Below are positions 1 to 9,167 of a DNA stretch of 64,000 nucleotides, one piece after another. The position numbers and the translations under genes are program-made. The notes beneath the pieces are model-generated. The model was given only the letters and a program-made list of their open reading frames with translations, searched no databases and was not told the origin of the DNA. Positions within the stretch are counted from its first letter, which is position 1. The number at the start of each line of letters is the position of its first letter. Source of the DNA: Minisyncoccota bacterium (GTDB lineage: Bacteria > Patescibacteriota > Minisyncoccia > Phycocordibacterales > GWA1-40-21); NCBI GenBank assembly GCA_041659365.1, contig JBAZYH010000002.1, positions 16,065-80,064 on the forward strand. Direction: 5' to 3'.

Positions 1-143
1 TTGCTGGTGTTATTTTTTCATACTGTATTAATAGATCAAAAAGAGGTTTTGTTTATAGTTATATGATTCATTTTGGTTTTTATGTCTTACTTAGTTCTGT
101 ATTTTGGCTTGGTGGATATAAATATATGTTATCTTTAATTTAA
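1..143 (+). CDS. partial CDS (3' end), hydrophobic; possibly CPBP/CAAX-protease-like membrane protein
   Basis: Open frame from nt 3: AGVIFSYCINRSKRGFVYSYMIHFGFYVLLSSVFWLGGYKYMLSLI*. Hydrophobic with an 'SYMIH' motif; truncated by the window edge. Confidence 0.35.
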   Translation, partial: AGVIFSYCINRSKRGFVYSYMIHFGFYVLLSSVFWLGGYKYMLSLI

Positions 144-202
144 TAATCCTAAACCAGAATATTAATTTTTTAGTAAATATTTTGGTCGGACAAGTAAGAA
201 AT

Positions 203-748
203 ATGTTATACACAAAAAAAGGGGATGATGGAAAGACAAATGTTTACGGTTGTGATCAAAAAATCTCAAAGAGTTCAGCAATAACTGAAGCTTTAGGGTC
301 TTTAGATGAAGCCAATTCGTTTTTGGGGGTATGTAAGGTAAAAACGAAGAATATTGAATATAGAATATTAAATATAGAAATTCATGAAATAATTCATAAA
401 ATTCAAAACAATCTTTTTACAATACAAGCACAGGTGGCTGGTGCAGATAAGAAAATCTTAGAAGATGATGTTTTATGGCTTGAAAAGATAATTTCAGAAA
501 TAGATAAAGAATTGCCAGAAATAAAATCCTTTTTAATATCTGGCGCAAATGATATTTCTGCAAACTTTGATTTTGCCCGTACCCTTGCACGTAGAGCGGA
601 GAGGAGGGTAGTGGCTGTAAGCGAAGAAAGTATCACAAAGGTAGATTCATTCACTCTTTCATATATGAATAGATTATCGAGTCTTTTGTACGCTTTGGCG
701 AGGTATTTTGCTACTGAGTCTGGTGTCGAAGAATCTCCAACTTATTAA
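203..748 (+). CDS. cob(I)yrinic acid a,c-diamide adenosyltransferase, PduO type
   Basis: N-terminal LYTKKGDDGKT, GSLDEANSFLG, ARRAERR and NRLSS motifs; ATG at 203 chosen over the upstream TTG. Confidence 0.9.
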   Translation: MLYTKKGDDGKTNVYGCDQKISKSSAITEALGSLDEANSFLGVCKVKTKNIEYRILNIEIHEIIHKIQNNLFTIQAQVAGADKKILEDDVLWLEKIISEIDKELPEIKSFLISGANDISANFDFARTLARRAERRVVAVSEESITKVDSFTLSYMNRLSSLLYALARYFATESGVEESPTY

Positions 749-802
749 AAGTCCACAGTATTTTGTGTTTACATCAAGACACCGTTTTGATATCATTCTT
801 AT

Positions 803-1294
803 ATGAAAGAAATAGTTTGTGATATTTGTAAGAAGAAGTTTAAAAGAAAATTATCTCAAATTAATTACTCAATTAATCACTATTGTTCTAAAACGTGTCA
901 TTATGAAGCTAGAAGGTTGGGTATTTACACAAAATGTGCCAATTGTAATAATTTGGTTTATAAAAAACTAAAAGATGTTTTGTTATCAAAAAATAAAAAG
1001 TTTTTTTGTAGTAAAAAATGTAGTAATAAAGTTATTGGCCAAATGTATTCTAGAGAAAATCATCCAAATTGGAAGGATGGTGAATTCTCGTATAAAGAAT
1101 ATATGAACAAGCAAGATGTGGAGAAAAAATGTGTTTTGTGTAAAAAAGAGAATCCGTTGGTTTTGGTTGTTCATCATTTAGATAAAAATAGAAGAAATAA
1201 TGATCTAAAAAATTTAATTTGGCTTTGTTATAATTGTCATTTTTTGGTCCACCATTATAAAGAGGAGTCAGATAAAATGCTTAAATATGCCTAA
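803..1294 (+). CDS. HNH endonuclease-like protein with N-terminal CxxC/CS zinc-binding repeats
   Basis: CxxC...YCSKTC, CxxC...FCSKKC, HPNWKDG, and C-terminal CxxC...VHHLDKNRRNN..NLIWLCYNCH. Confidence 0.8.
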   Translation: MKEIVCDICKKKFKRKLSQINYSINHYCSKTCHYEARRLGIYTKCANCNNLVYKKLKDVLLSKNKKFFCSKKCSNKVIGQMYSRENHPNWKDGEFSYKEYMNKQDVEKKCVLCKKENPLVLVVHHLDKNRRNNDLKNLIWLCYNCHFLVHHYKEESDKMLKYA

Positions 1295-1790
1295 AACAAA
1301 TTGTGTTATTTGTAATAATGAGTTTTATGCGAAACCTTCAAGTATTATAAGAGGTTGGGGAAGATATTGTTCATCAAAGTGCCAGTACAAGTCGTTTAAA
1401 ACGGGTATTATTAAAAAGTGCTTTATTTGTGATAAAAAAGTTTACTTAACACCAACCCGTTTGGTAAATTCAAAAAGTAAGAAATATTTTTGTAGTAAAT
1501 CCTGTCAGACTAAGTGGAGAAATACAGAGTTTGTTGGTTCTAAACACGCAAATTTTAAAGATGGGGGAAAGTCATATCAGAGTATTTTGAAAAGGAATGG
1601 TGTTTTACAAGCCTGTTATTCTTGTGGAGAAAAAGATGTTAGGGTATTAGTGACTCACCATGTTGATGAAAATCATGGAAATAACATTATTCAAAATTTA
1701 GTATGGCTTTGCCATAATTGTCACTCCATGATACATTATGATAGCTTACAAAAGCAGAAATTTCTTGTTAGATACAATAAGGGATTCTAG
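1287..1790 (+). CDS. HNH endonuclease-like protein with zinc-binding repeats (paralog of upstream gene)
   Basis: Same architecture, ending THHVDENHGNN..NLVWLCHNCH; overlaps the upstream gene by 8 nt. Confidence 0.8.
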   Translation: MPKTNCVICNNEFYAKPSSIIRGWGRYCSSKCQYKSFKTGIIKKCFICDKKVYLTPTRLVNSKSKKYFCSKSCQTKWRNTEFVGSKHANFKDGGKSYQSILKRNGVLQACYSCGEKDVRVLVTHHVDENHGNNIIQNLVWLCHNCHSMIHYDSLQKQKFLVRYNKGF

Positions 1791-1796
1791 TATAAT

Positions 1797-1870
1797 GGTG
1801 CCTATAGTTTAGTGGTAAAACTCGGGTTTGTGGAACCTGTGTCGAGAGTTCGATTCTCTCTAGGCACCCA
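1797..1870 (+). tRNA. tRNA-His (GUG), with genome-encoded G-1
   Basis: GGTGCCTA/TAGGCACC acceptor stem, anticodon arm CGGGT-TTGTGGA-ACCTG, T arm GAGAG-TTCGATT-CTCTC. Confidence 0.95.
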
Positions 1871-1996
1871 GCGTTTATTTTAGACAATATATCTTTATTT
1901 TACTTTAGTTTTTTAGTTCTAACCTAATTAGTTTTTGTTATAAAAATAACTAGTTTTTTGTAGTTACTGTAAATAATTTGTGCTATATTAACTTTA

Positions 1997-3142
1997 ATGA
2001 AAATAGCATTTATTCACAATGAAAAGAAAATTGGAACAGGCGCACATTATATAAACGATTTAATGAGTCAAAAGTTGACTAGTTCTAAGATTGATACAAA
2101 AAACTTTTATCCCAAAACTTCACTGATTGAAACACCTGTTCATCTAAGTGGAATAAAAAATATTTTATTTTTTTATTCTTTGTTAGAAAAAAGAAAGGAA
2201 ATATTAAAATATGATCTTATACAGGGAACTACTTATACATCTTTACCATTTCTCGCTTATTCTATCCCCGTAGTCGCTCATTTTGGTTCTACTACTAGAG
2301 GTTTTTTGGATTCTACACCCAGAGCTAGTCAGATGGAAAATGGTTGTCGTAAAATTTGGTATAAGCTTAAAAAAGACGGTGCTATATCTGAACTTAATAT
2401 AAAGACCAGAAAGCCGATGAGAGATATAGCTGATGTTGAAGAATATGTTGCTTCTAAGGCTAGTGCTGTAATTGCTACTTCTGAAAATGTTCGCAGGGAG
2501 TTGCTTTTGATGGGTACTAAAACTGAAAATGTTTATCTTATTCATAATGCAATTGAAGATTATTGGTTTGAAACGACAATAAACAAAGATTTACCAACAC
2601 CAAAGATTGTTTTTCTCGGTCGTTTAGGAAATGATTCTTTTACTTTAAAACTTAAAGGTTTAGATCGTTTAATCTATTTATGGCAAAAATTTCCAATGAT
2701 AGAAAAAGTTTGTTTGGCTATTACTACGAATAAAACTTTAATAGAATATTTAAAATCAAATATTTCAAAATTAACACTTGAAGTTAATATTAAAAAAGAT
2801 AATTTACCAGAAAAATTATTGTCGCTTCGTGGTAGTATACTTTTTATATCTTCTCGGTATGAGGGTTTTTCTCTTAGTTTGATTGAAGGTATGTCACAAG
2901 GTTTAATACCTATCGCATATTCGGTTGGGGTAGTGCCAGAAATCATACATAATGGTAAGAATGGTTTTATTGTCTCTTCTGTATCTGAAGCTGCAGAAAA
3001 GGTCAATGAAATTATGAATAATAAAAAACTTAGAGAAAGTATGTCAGACGAAGCAATAAAGACCTCCAAGCAGTTTTCAAGTGAAAAAATCACAAAAGAG
3101 TTGATTGCTTTGTATAAAAAGGTCATTACCGCTTCAAGTTAA
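1997..3142 (+). CDS. glycosyltransferase family 4 (GT-B)
   Basis: C-terminal SRYEGFSLSLIEGMSQG...VGVVPEII.NGKNGF motif. Confidence 0.9.
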   Translation: MKIAFIHNEKKIGTGAHYINDLMSQKLTSSKIDTKNFYPKTSLIETPVHLSGIKNILFFYSLLEKRKEILKYDLIQGTTYTSLPFLAYSIPVVAHFGSTTRGFLDSTPRASQMENGCRKIWYKLKKDGAISELNIKTRKPMRDIADVEEYVASKASAVIATSENVRRELLLMGTKTENVYLIHNAIEDYWFETTINKDLPTPKIVFLGRLGNDSFTLKLKGLDRLIYLWQKFPMIEKVCLAITTNKTLIEYLKSNISKLTLEVNIKKDNLPEKLLSLRGSILFISSRYEGFSLSLIEGMSQGLIPIAYSVGVVPEIIHNGKNGFIVSSVSEAAEKVNEIMNNKKLRESMSDEAIKTSKQFSSEKITKELIALYKKVITASS

Positions 3143-3168
3143 TTGTAATTCTGATATAATTTTAATCA

Positions 3169-4086
3169 ATGAATCTTTTTATTATTATTTTAGGTATAAT
3201 TGGTTCCGTTTCCTTATTTTTGTATAGTGTTATTTCTTTTGGTAAAATCATTAAAAATACTGCTGGTCCCAAAATAAAAACCTTGTTGTCTTCTTTAACT
3301 TCTAACCCTTTTAAAGGTGTTATTTTTGGTACTGTATCTACTGCTATTCTTCAATCTAGTACCGCCACCTCTGTTTTGGTAGCTAGCTTAGCAGATGCTG
3401 GTTTGATTTCTTTTTATAATACCTTAGGAATAATATTTGGTGTAAATATAGGGACAACAATCACTTCTCAATTGATAGCTTTTAATGCAATGGCTATATC
3501 TCCTTTTATAATACTTCTTGGATTGATTATCTATTGGTGGGGAAATAGTTTTAAAAAATATGCTAGTTCGATTATATATTTTGGTTTATTGTTTTTTTCT
3601 ATTTATTTAATTTCAATTTTTGTTTCTTATATTGATCAAGAACTATTAGGATCATATCTTTCTATTACTTCTAATCCAATAATCGCTATTCTAGTTGGGG
3701 TAGTTGCTACCTTAATATTTCAATCTAGTAGTGTTGTGTCTGGTATTGTTTTAGTTCTCGCTGGTGTTGGTCATATCGATTTAGCTCAGTCTGTTGGTTT
3801 GATCTTAGGTGCCAATATAGGCACAACCTCTACAGTTATTATTGCTTCTCTCGCGATGGGTAAAGAAGCTAAAAAAGTTGCTCTATCACACTTTTTGTTC
3901 AATTTTCTAGGAGTGATTATTCTACTTCCTTTTATGGAGTATTTTTATAAAGTTGTTAAATGGTTAGATGGAGATATAGTTCATCAAGTAGCAAATATTC
4001 ATTTAATTTTTAATGTTGTTTGTGCTTTTATCTTTTTATTGGCAATAAAGCCATTTTCACTGTTGGTTAGTCGTTTAATTAAATAG
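3169..4086 (+). CDS. Na/Pi cotransporter family membrane protein (no PhoU domains)
   Basis: Two repeats of QSS(T/S) and G(V/A)NIGTT. Confidence 0.9.
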   Translation: MNLFIIILGIIGSVSLFLYSVISFGKIIKNTAGPKIKTLLSSLTSNPFKGVIFGTVSTAILQSSTATSVLVASLADAGLISFYNTLGIIFGVNIGTTITSQLIAFNAMAISPFIILLGLIIYWWGNSFKKYASSIIYFGLLFFSIYLISIFVSYIDQELLGSYLSITSNPIIAILVGVVATLIFQSSSVVSGIVLVLAGVGHIDLAQSVGLILGANIGTTSTVIIASLAMGKEAKKVALSHFLFNFLGVIILLPFMEYFYKVVKWLDGDIVHQVANIHLIFNVVCAFIFLLAIKPFSLLVSRLIK

Positions 4087-4161
4087 TTAATTGTGTTTTA
4101 GGGGAGAATGCTGGTATATATATTGTTGCATCATTTTTTCTCTCGAAAATAGTTCTTACAT

Positions 4162-4508
4162 CCTCGACCACGGCACCCAATTTTAAAAGCGGCTTATTGC
4201 CGTCTTTTTAAATTGGGTGCCTAAGCAAACAAACTGCTTTGTTTGCGTGAGAGAATCGAAAGATTTTTCCTTACCGAATATGATGAGGTGGAAAAATACC
4301 TGGCTATGTAATAGCCGATTCTCTCTAGGCACCCAAGAAAGAAGAGTCTGCAGTAGCAGACTTTTTTCTTGGGTGGCTAAGTAAGTGCTAGTAAGCACTT
4401 ACGTTCGGGGGTTGAAGCCTCATTGAGCATATTTTATGAATGTTAATGAAATAAAATATCCAATAGGGATACTGTTCCTGTAAGGAAAAACTCCCCGATA
4501 GCCACCCA
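4162..4508. repeat. array of direct and inverted tRNA-His 3'-end copies with 25-nt hairpin inserts
   Basis: Inverted copies at 4214-4260 and 4370-4416; direct copies at 4316-4335 (identical to 1851-1870) and 4494-4508; degenerate copy at 4171-4179. Confidence 0.9.
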
Positions 4509-4578
4509 ATGTATTTTTTTAGATATTTAATCTTTAATTGTTGAGGACTTTTTAGTTCTACTTTGATATACTTTTAAA

Positions 4579-5410
4579 ATGGAAGAACAACCAAAACCAG
4601 AAGGAAAAATGGAAAAAACACCTATACCAGAGGTTCAGTTTGAGGTGTTGGGTATTAAAGATGAAATAGAGATGATATTTAGTTTTTGTATGCATAAAAA
4701 TCCAAGTTTAGATTTTAGTAAAGTTGTTTATAATGTACATCCAGAACTCAGAAAGATGGTTGATGGAATAACTGATGAAAAACAGTTTCATGAACAATGT
4801 GAAAAATACGTTTTAGATTATATTGATAAAAATAAAGAAGCACTAGAGAAATCTAAAAAACATTTTCAGAAAATTTGGAATCAGATTGGTGAAGACCTCT
4901 TAAAAAATCTTTTAGAAGATTTTGAGACTGATTTGCCCGAAGAAATAAAAGAAATTAAAGCAAATGTTTCTATTAACCCTATGTGTCCTAGATTTATAGA
5001 TAGATGGATGTTTAATTTATATTATAAATTTTCTGATAGTTCAATAGTAGGGGGTTTCTATTCATGAAATAATACATTTTGTATATTTTAAAAAGTGGTC
5101 AGAAGTTTTTCCCGACTCTGATCGTAAAAATTTTAATGGTATGAATTCTGAATGGATATTGAGCGAGATTTTGGTTCACACAATTATGAATAATAATAAG
5201 ATTATTCAAGGTATTGTGAAAAATGAAAAGTTTGAAGTCTATAAAAGATGGCAGTCTATTAGGGTTGATGGTAAAAAACTAGATGAATATTTTGATGGTT
5301 TTTATAAAGAACATGAAGAAGGAAAAATTTCTTTTGCTGATTTCTTGAGAAAATCTTGGGATGAATATCAAAAGAATAAAGATGTTATTGAAGGTAGTAT
5401 TAAGAAATAG
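4579..5410 (+). pseudogene. frameshifted HExxH (zincin-like) protein gene, appearing as two ORFs (4579-5067 and 5141-5410)
   Basis: Removing one G from GGGGG at 5050-5054 gives ...SIVGVSIHEIIHFVYFKKW...NGMNSEWILSE, continuous with the second ORF. Confidence 0.75.
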
Positions 5411-5498
5411 TGTATTCAGAGGTAGGGTAAAATATCGGAATATAAATCGTTGTATCATTTCTCCCCTCAAAAACTTTTCTTACATTCTTATTTATACA

Positions 5499-5544
5499 AC
5501 TAAAACAAAAAACAAACATCCGAGTGTTTGTTTTTTGTTTTAGT
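5499..5544. terminator. bidirectional intrinsic terminator
   Basis: Long perfect inverted repeat with A/T tails between convergent genes. Confidence 0.7.
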
Positions 5545-5569
5545 ATTATTGTAATTAAATACACTGCTT

Positions 5570-5719
5570 TTACAATATTTTCTCTCCCTTAATAAGTCTT
5601 ATTAAAATCATTACTACCGCTATAATAAGGAGAATATGAATAAAACCGCCTAACGTATAAGATGTAACTAAACCTAAAACCCAAAGTATTATTAAAATGA
5701 TAGCAATTGTAGTTAACAT
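5570..5719 (-). CDS. lmo0937-family small membrane protein, 49 aa (missing from the ORF track)
   Basis: MLTTIAIILIILWVLGLVTSYTLGGFIHILLIIAVVMILIRLIKGEKIL*; the LWxLG...GGFIHILL pattern is typical of the family. Confidence 0.85.
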   Translation of the reverse strand: MLTTIAIILIILWVLGLVTSYTLGGFIHILLIIAVVMILIRLIKGEKIL

Positions 5720-5851
5720 ATTTTTTTTGATTAAAATAACTAATAAATTTATAACACTGTAATACTAACAAATTAAGATTAATTTAAGATTAAAATGTAT
5801 TTTAACCTTCAATTAATCTTAATTTTATATTTTTATGTTAAAATAATAAGT

Positions 5852-6658
5852 ATGCAAGAAAATTTTTCGTCATTAATTATAGAGGTAAAAGATTTAGTTA
5901 AAAATTTTAAAAAAATTGAAGCTGTAAAAGGTATTACTTTCTCAGTGTTAAAAGGTGAGAGTTTTGCTTTTTTGGGCCCGAATGGCGCTGGTAAAACGAC
6001 TACTATCAGAATACTTACAACACTTCTTGATCCAACATCGGGGTCTGTTGTTTTAAATGGTTTTAACGTTCATGAAAAACCAAACGAAGCACGTCACTCT
6101 TTTGGTATTGTTTTTCAAGATCCAAGTTTGGATACGGAGCTTACTGCTTATGAAAATATGTATATACACGCCGTTTTGTACGGTCTTTCCAAGTCTGTCT
6201 ATTTAAAACGTATAGAAGATTTAATGAAGCTTGTTGATCTTTGGGAAAGAAGAGATGACTTGGTCAAGAATTTCTCTGGTGGAATGAAAAGAAGACTTGA
6301 AATAGCACGCGGCTTGCTTCATCATCCAAAAGTGCTTTTTTTAGACGAGCCAACTCTCGGTCTAGACCCACAGACAAGAAATCATATGTGGAATTATATT
6401 AAAGGGCTAAGAGAGAAAGAAGGTTTAACTGTTTTTTTTACTACACATTATATGGAAGAAGCAGACAAAAATGCCGATAGGATAGCTATAATAGATCATG
6501 GAGTTATCGTCGCTCAAGGAAAATCAGATGAGCTTAAATTGCAAACAAATACAAAGACACTTGAAGATGCTTTTCTCGTACTTACTGGTGATACGATTCG
6601 TGATTCTTCGGGTGGTGATGGATCTGAAATGATGAAAATGTGGCATGGAAAAAGATAA
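5852..6658 (+). CDS. ABC-2 exporter ATP-binding subunit (DrrA-like)
   Basis: GPNGAGKTT, FSGGMKRRLEIARGL, LDEPTLGLDP; start at MQEN chosen. Confidence 0.92.
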   Translation: MQENFSSLIIEVKDLVKNFKKIEAVKGITFSVLKGESFAFLGPNGAGKTTTIRILTTLLDPTSGSVVLNGFNVHEKPNEARHSFGIVFQDPSLDTELTAYENMYIHAVLYGLSKSVYLKRIEDLMKLVDLWERRDDLVKNFSGGMKRRLEIARGLLHHPKVLFLDEPTLGLDPQTRNHMWNYIKGLREKEGLTVFFTTHYMEEADKNADRIAIIDHGVIVAQGKSDELKLQTNTKTLEDAFLVLTGDTIRDSSGGDGSEMMKMWHGKR

Positions 6659-6670
6659 TCTATTAAAAAT

Positions 6671-7414
6671 ATGATAATTTACATTTTATGGTTAAGACAA
6701 ATTAAGAGATATATCCGTTCAAAATCTAGGATAATTGGTTCTTTGGGTCAACCTGTACTTTTTTTGGTTGCCTTAGGTTTTGGTTTTGGTCCTATTTATG
6801 CGAAAGCTGGGGGAGGTAATTATATTCAATTTTTAGCGCCAGGAATCATTGCTATGAGTATTCTTTTTTCTGCTATCTTTGCTGGTATTGAAGTCATTTG
6901 GGATAAACAATTCGGTTTCTTAAAGGAAACTCTTGTTGCGCCAGTTAGTCGAATAAAAATAATGATTGGTAGAACTCTTGGTGGAGCGACAGTGGCAACT
7001 ATTCAAGGGCTCATTGTTTTTATTATAACTTTATTTATTGGATTTAGACCAGTATCTTTTTTGGGTGTAATTATCTCTATTGTAGTCATGTTCCTTATTG
7101 CGATTCTTTTTACTGCTCTTGGTACAGCAATTGCTTCACGTCTTGAAGATATGCAGGGTTTTCAACTAATCATGAACTTTTTGGTGATGCCTTTATTTTT
7201 CTTATCGGGGGCTCTTTTTCCGATAACAGATTTACCAAAAACATTAAATGTTATTACAAGGATTGACCCATTATCTTACGGTGTCGATGCTCTCCATGGA
7301 GTTTTGTCTGGGGTGTCTAGTTTTGGAGTCGGACTTGATCTGGCTGTTTTGGTCGTTCTTGTAGTAATAATAACTGTTATCGGTGCATGGCAATTCTCAA
7401 AGATAGAAATTTAA
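6671..7414 (+). CDS. ABC-2 type permease (DrrB-like)
   Basis: About 6 TM helices; FLAPGII, GFLKETLVAP and FFLSGALFP motifs; adjacent to the ATPase gene. Confidence 0.92.
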   Translation: MIIYILWLRQIKRYIRSKSRIIGSLGQPVLFLVALGFGFGPIYAKAGGGNYIQFLAPGIIAMSILFSAIFAGIEVIWDKQFGFLKETLVAPVSRIKIMIGRTLGGATVATIQGLIVFIITLFIGFRPVSFLGVIISIVVMFLIAILFTALGTAIASRLEDMQGFQLIMNFLVMPLFFLSGALFPITDLPKTLNVITRIDPLSYGVDALHGVLSGVSSFGVGLDLAVLVVLVVIITVIGAWQFSKIEI

Positions 7415-7680
7415 TTTATTTATAAGATATTAAATAATTTGACCAACAAAAAATCCATCTTGCGATGGATAATCTGTAGATCTAAAAGGGTACATTAATA
7501 TCTTACGAAACTAAACGAAACCGAATCTTACGAAACAATCTCTTCCCCTAATAAATCTATCTTAATTATGTACTAATCTGTAAAAATAGCAAGTAGAGTC
7601 ACATACTTCTTTAAAGCTATATTTTATAAGGTTTTATATTATTCTGAACAAATTTATTTTAATGTGCTAATATAATTTCT

Positions 7681-8595
7681 ATGTCAGGAATATTTTTTGA
7701 TGCATTATTAGATTCTTTAAAACTCGTTCCTTTTTTGCTTTTTATTTATATAGCTATAGAACTTATAGAATATAAATTTAGTGACAAAATAAGGAGTGGA
7801 GTAGAAAAGGCGGGAAAGAGCGGTCCATTTTTTGGATCATTAGCTGGAATATTTCCACAGTGTGGTTTTTCTGTTGTTACTACGGCTTTGTATTCCCAGA
7901 GACTTGTTACTATTGGGACACTTCTTGCTGTTTATCTTTCAACTTCAGATGAAGCTATACCTGTAATACTTTCTCATCCAGAAACCGCTGGTTTAATATT
8001 TCCTTTAATACTTACAAAAGTATTTATTGCGATCATTGCCGGATATTCTATAGATTTAATTTTTAGAAAAAGTAATCTCTCTACTTTGAAACATATCGAT
8101 GCTTATAGTCACGGAGAAGATGAAGAAGAACACCACCATGAAGTAGTAGTAGATGAGCATGCTTGTTGCGGACATAACCTTAGTCAATCATCAAAAACTT
8201 TTAGTATAAGAGAAATATTTTTTCACCCACTCAAGCATACAATAAAAATATTTATTTTTATTTTTATAATTACTCTTTTTATCAATTTTCTTTTTTTAAA
8301 AATCGGAGATGTTGTTATAGGTAATTTTTTAAATAGTTTTGTATTTTTACAGCCTTTTATAACCGGACTCATAGGATTGATACCAAATTGTGCATCTTCT
8401 GTGGCTCTTACAGAACTATATCTAAAGGGGGTTATAACTTACGGTTCACTTATCTCTGGTCTTTGTGCTAGTGGAGGACTTGGAATACTGATACTTTTCA
8501 GGGAAGAAAAGAATAAAAAGGAGGTATTTAAGATAATTAGTTTGCTTTTTGGTATAAGTGTTTTTGTTGGTTTAATTATCCAATATTTTATATAA
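7681..8595 (+). CDS. putative heavy-metal/manganese exporter (ArsP_2-like) with His-rich loop
   Basis: PQCGFSV, STSDEAIP, IPNCASSV motifs; central HHHE...HACCGH loop. Confidence 0.75.
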   Translation: MSGIFFDALLDSLKLVPFLLFIYIAIELIEYKFSDKIRSGVEKAGKSGPFFGSLAGIFPQCGFSVVTTALYSQRLVTIGTLLAVYLSTSDEAIPVILSHPETAGLIFPLILTKVFIAIIAGYSIDLIFRKSNLSTLKHIDAYSHGEDEEEHHHEVVVDEHACCGHNLSQSSKTFSIREIFFHPLKHTIKIFIFIFIITLFINFLFLKIGDVVIGNFLNSFVFLQPFITGLIGLIPNCASSVALTELYLKGVITYGSLISGLCASGGLGILILFREEKNKKEVFKIISLLFGISVFVGLIIQYFI

Positions 8596-8605
8596 TTTTA
8601 AAAAC

Positions 8606-9142
8606 ATGAAGAAAGTTAATTTAGAAATGAAACATTTTTGTGATGATTTTGGTAAGGTTAGAAAAGTTTTAAAAGATATTGGAGCTAAAAAAGAGGTTGT
8701 TAAAGAACAATTAGATTATTTTTTTAATCTACCGAATATAAAAAAAGAAAATAATCCAAGATTAAAATTGAGGATAGAAGACAGTAAGAAAGTAGAATTG
8801 ATCTACTACGAAAGACCAAATTTTAAAAAAGGTAAAGGGTCTACTTCAGATGTGTCATTGTTTCAGACTTTTGATAAACAAATATTGTCAGTTTTAGAAA
8901 GGTCTTTGGGTATAAAGGTTGTTGTAGAAAAAAAGAGAGAGGTATGGAGAAAAGACAATACAGTTTTTTATCTTGATGTTATAAAAGATATAGGAAATAT
9001 ATTTGAAGTAGAATTACAGAAAGACAATGGAATAATCTCTGAAAGGGATAAAAAACTATTTGAAGATTATCAGAAAAAACTGTTACCAGTTATAGGTAAG
9101 GTAGTTAACGGTTCGAATGTTGATTTAGTACTAAGGAAGTAA
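8606..9142 (+). CDS. CYTH-domain (class IV adenylate cyclase-like) protein
   Basis: N-terminal ExK, QxDYFF, RLKLR, VEKKRE, FEVE motifs. Confidence 0.85.
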   Translation: MKKVNLEMKHFCDDFGKVRKVLKDIGAKKEVVKEQLDYFFNLPNIKKENNPRLKLRIEDSKKVELIYYERPNFKKGKGSTSDVSLFQTFDKQILSVLERSLGIKVVVEKKREVWRKDNTVFYLDVIKDIGNIFEVELQKDNGIISERDKKLFEDYQKKLLPVIGKVVNGSNVDLVLRK

Positions 9143-9167
9143 TTTATTTATTTGATATAATATAGGT

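Noticed and set aside
4183-4398. ORFs over repeat or RNA regions (4183-4398, 40341-40640, 55763-55993, 60513-60722)
   Set aside because: They coincide with mirror elements, tRNAs or tmRNA and show no protein features.
5065-5067. TGA recoding (genetic code 25 or selenocysteine)
   Set aside because: TGA ends intact genes such as recG and several island genes, and conserved genes have no in-frame TGA; this break is explained by a frameshift.
5589-5771. Track ORFs 5589-5771, 5279-5470 and 5361-5543
   Set aside because: The credible gene here is the 49-aa ORF at 5570-5719 in another frame; the others overlap a gene end or terminator.
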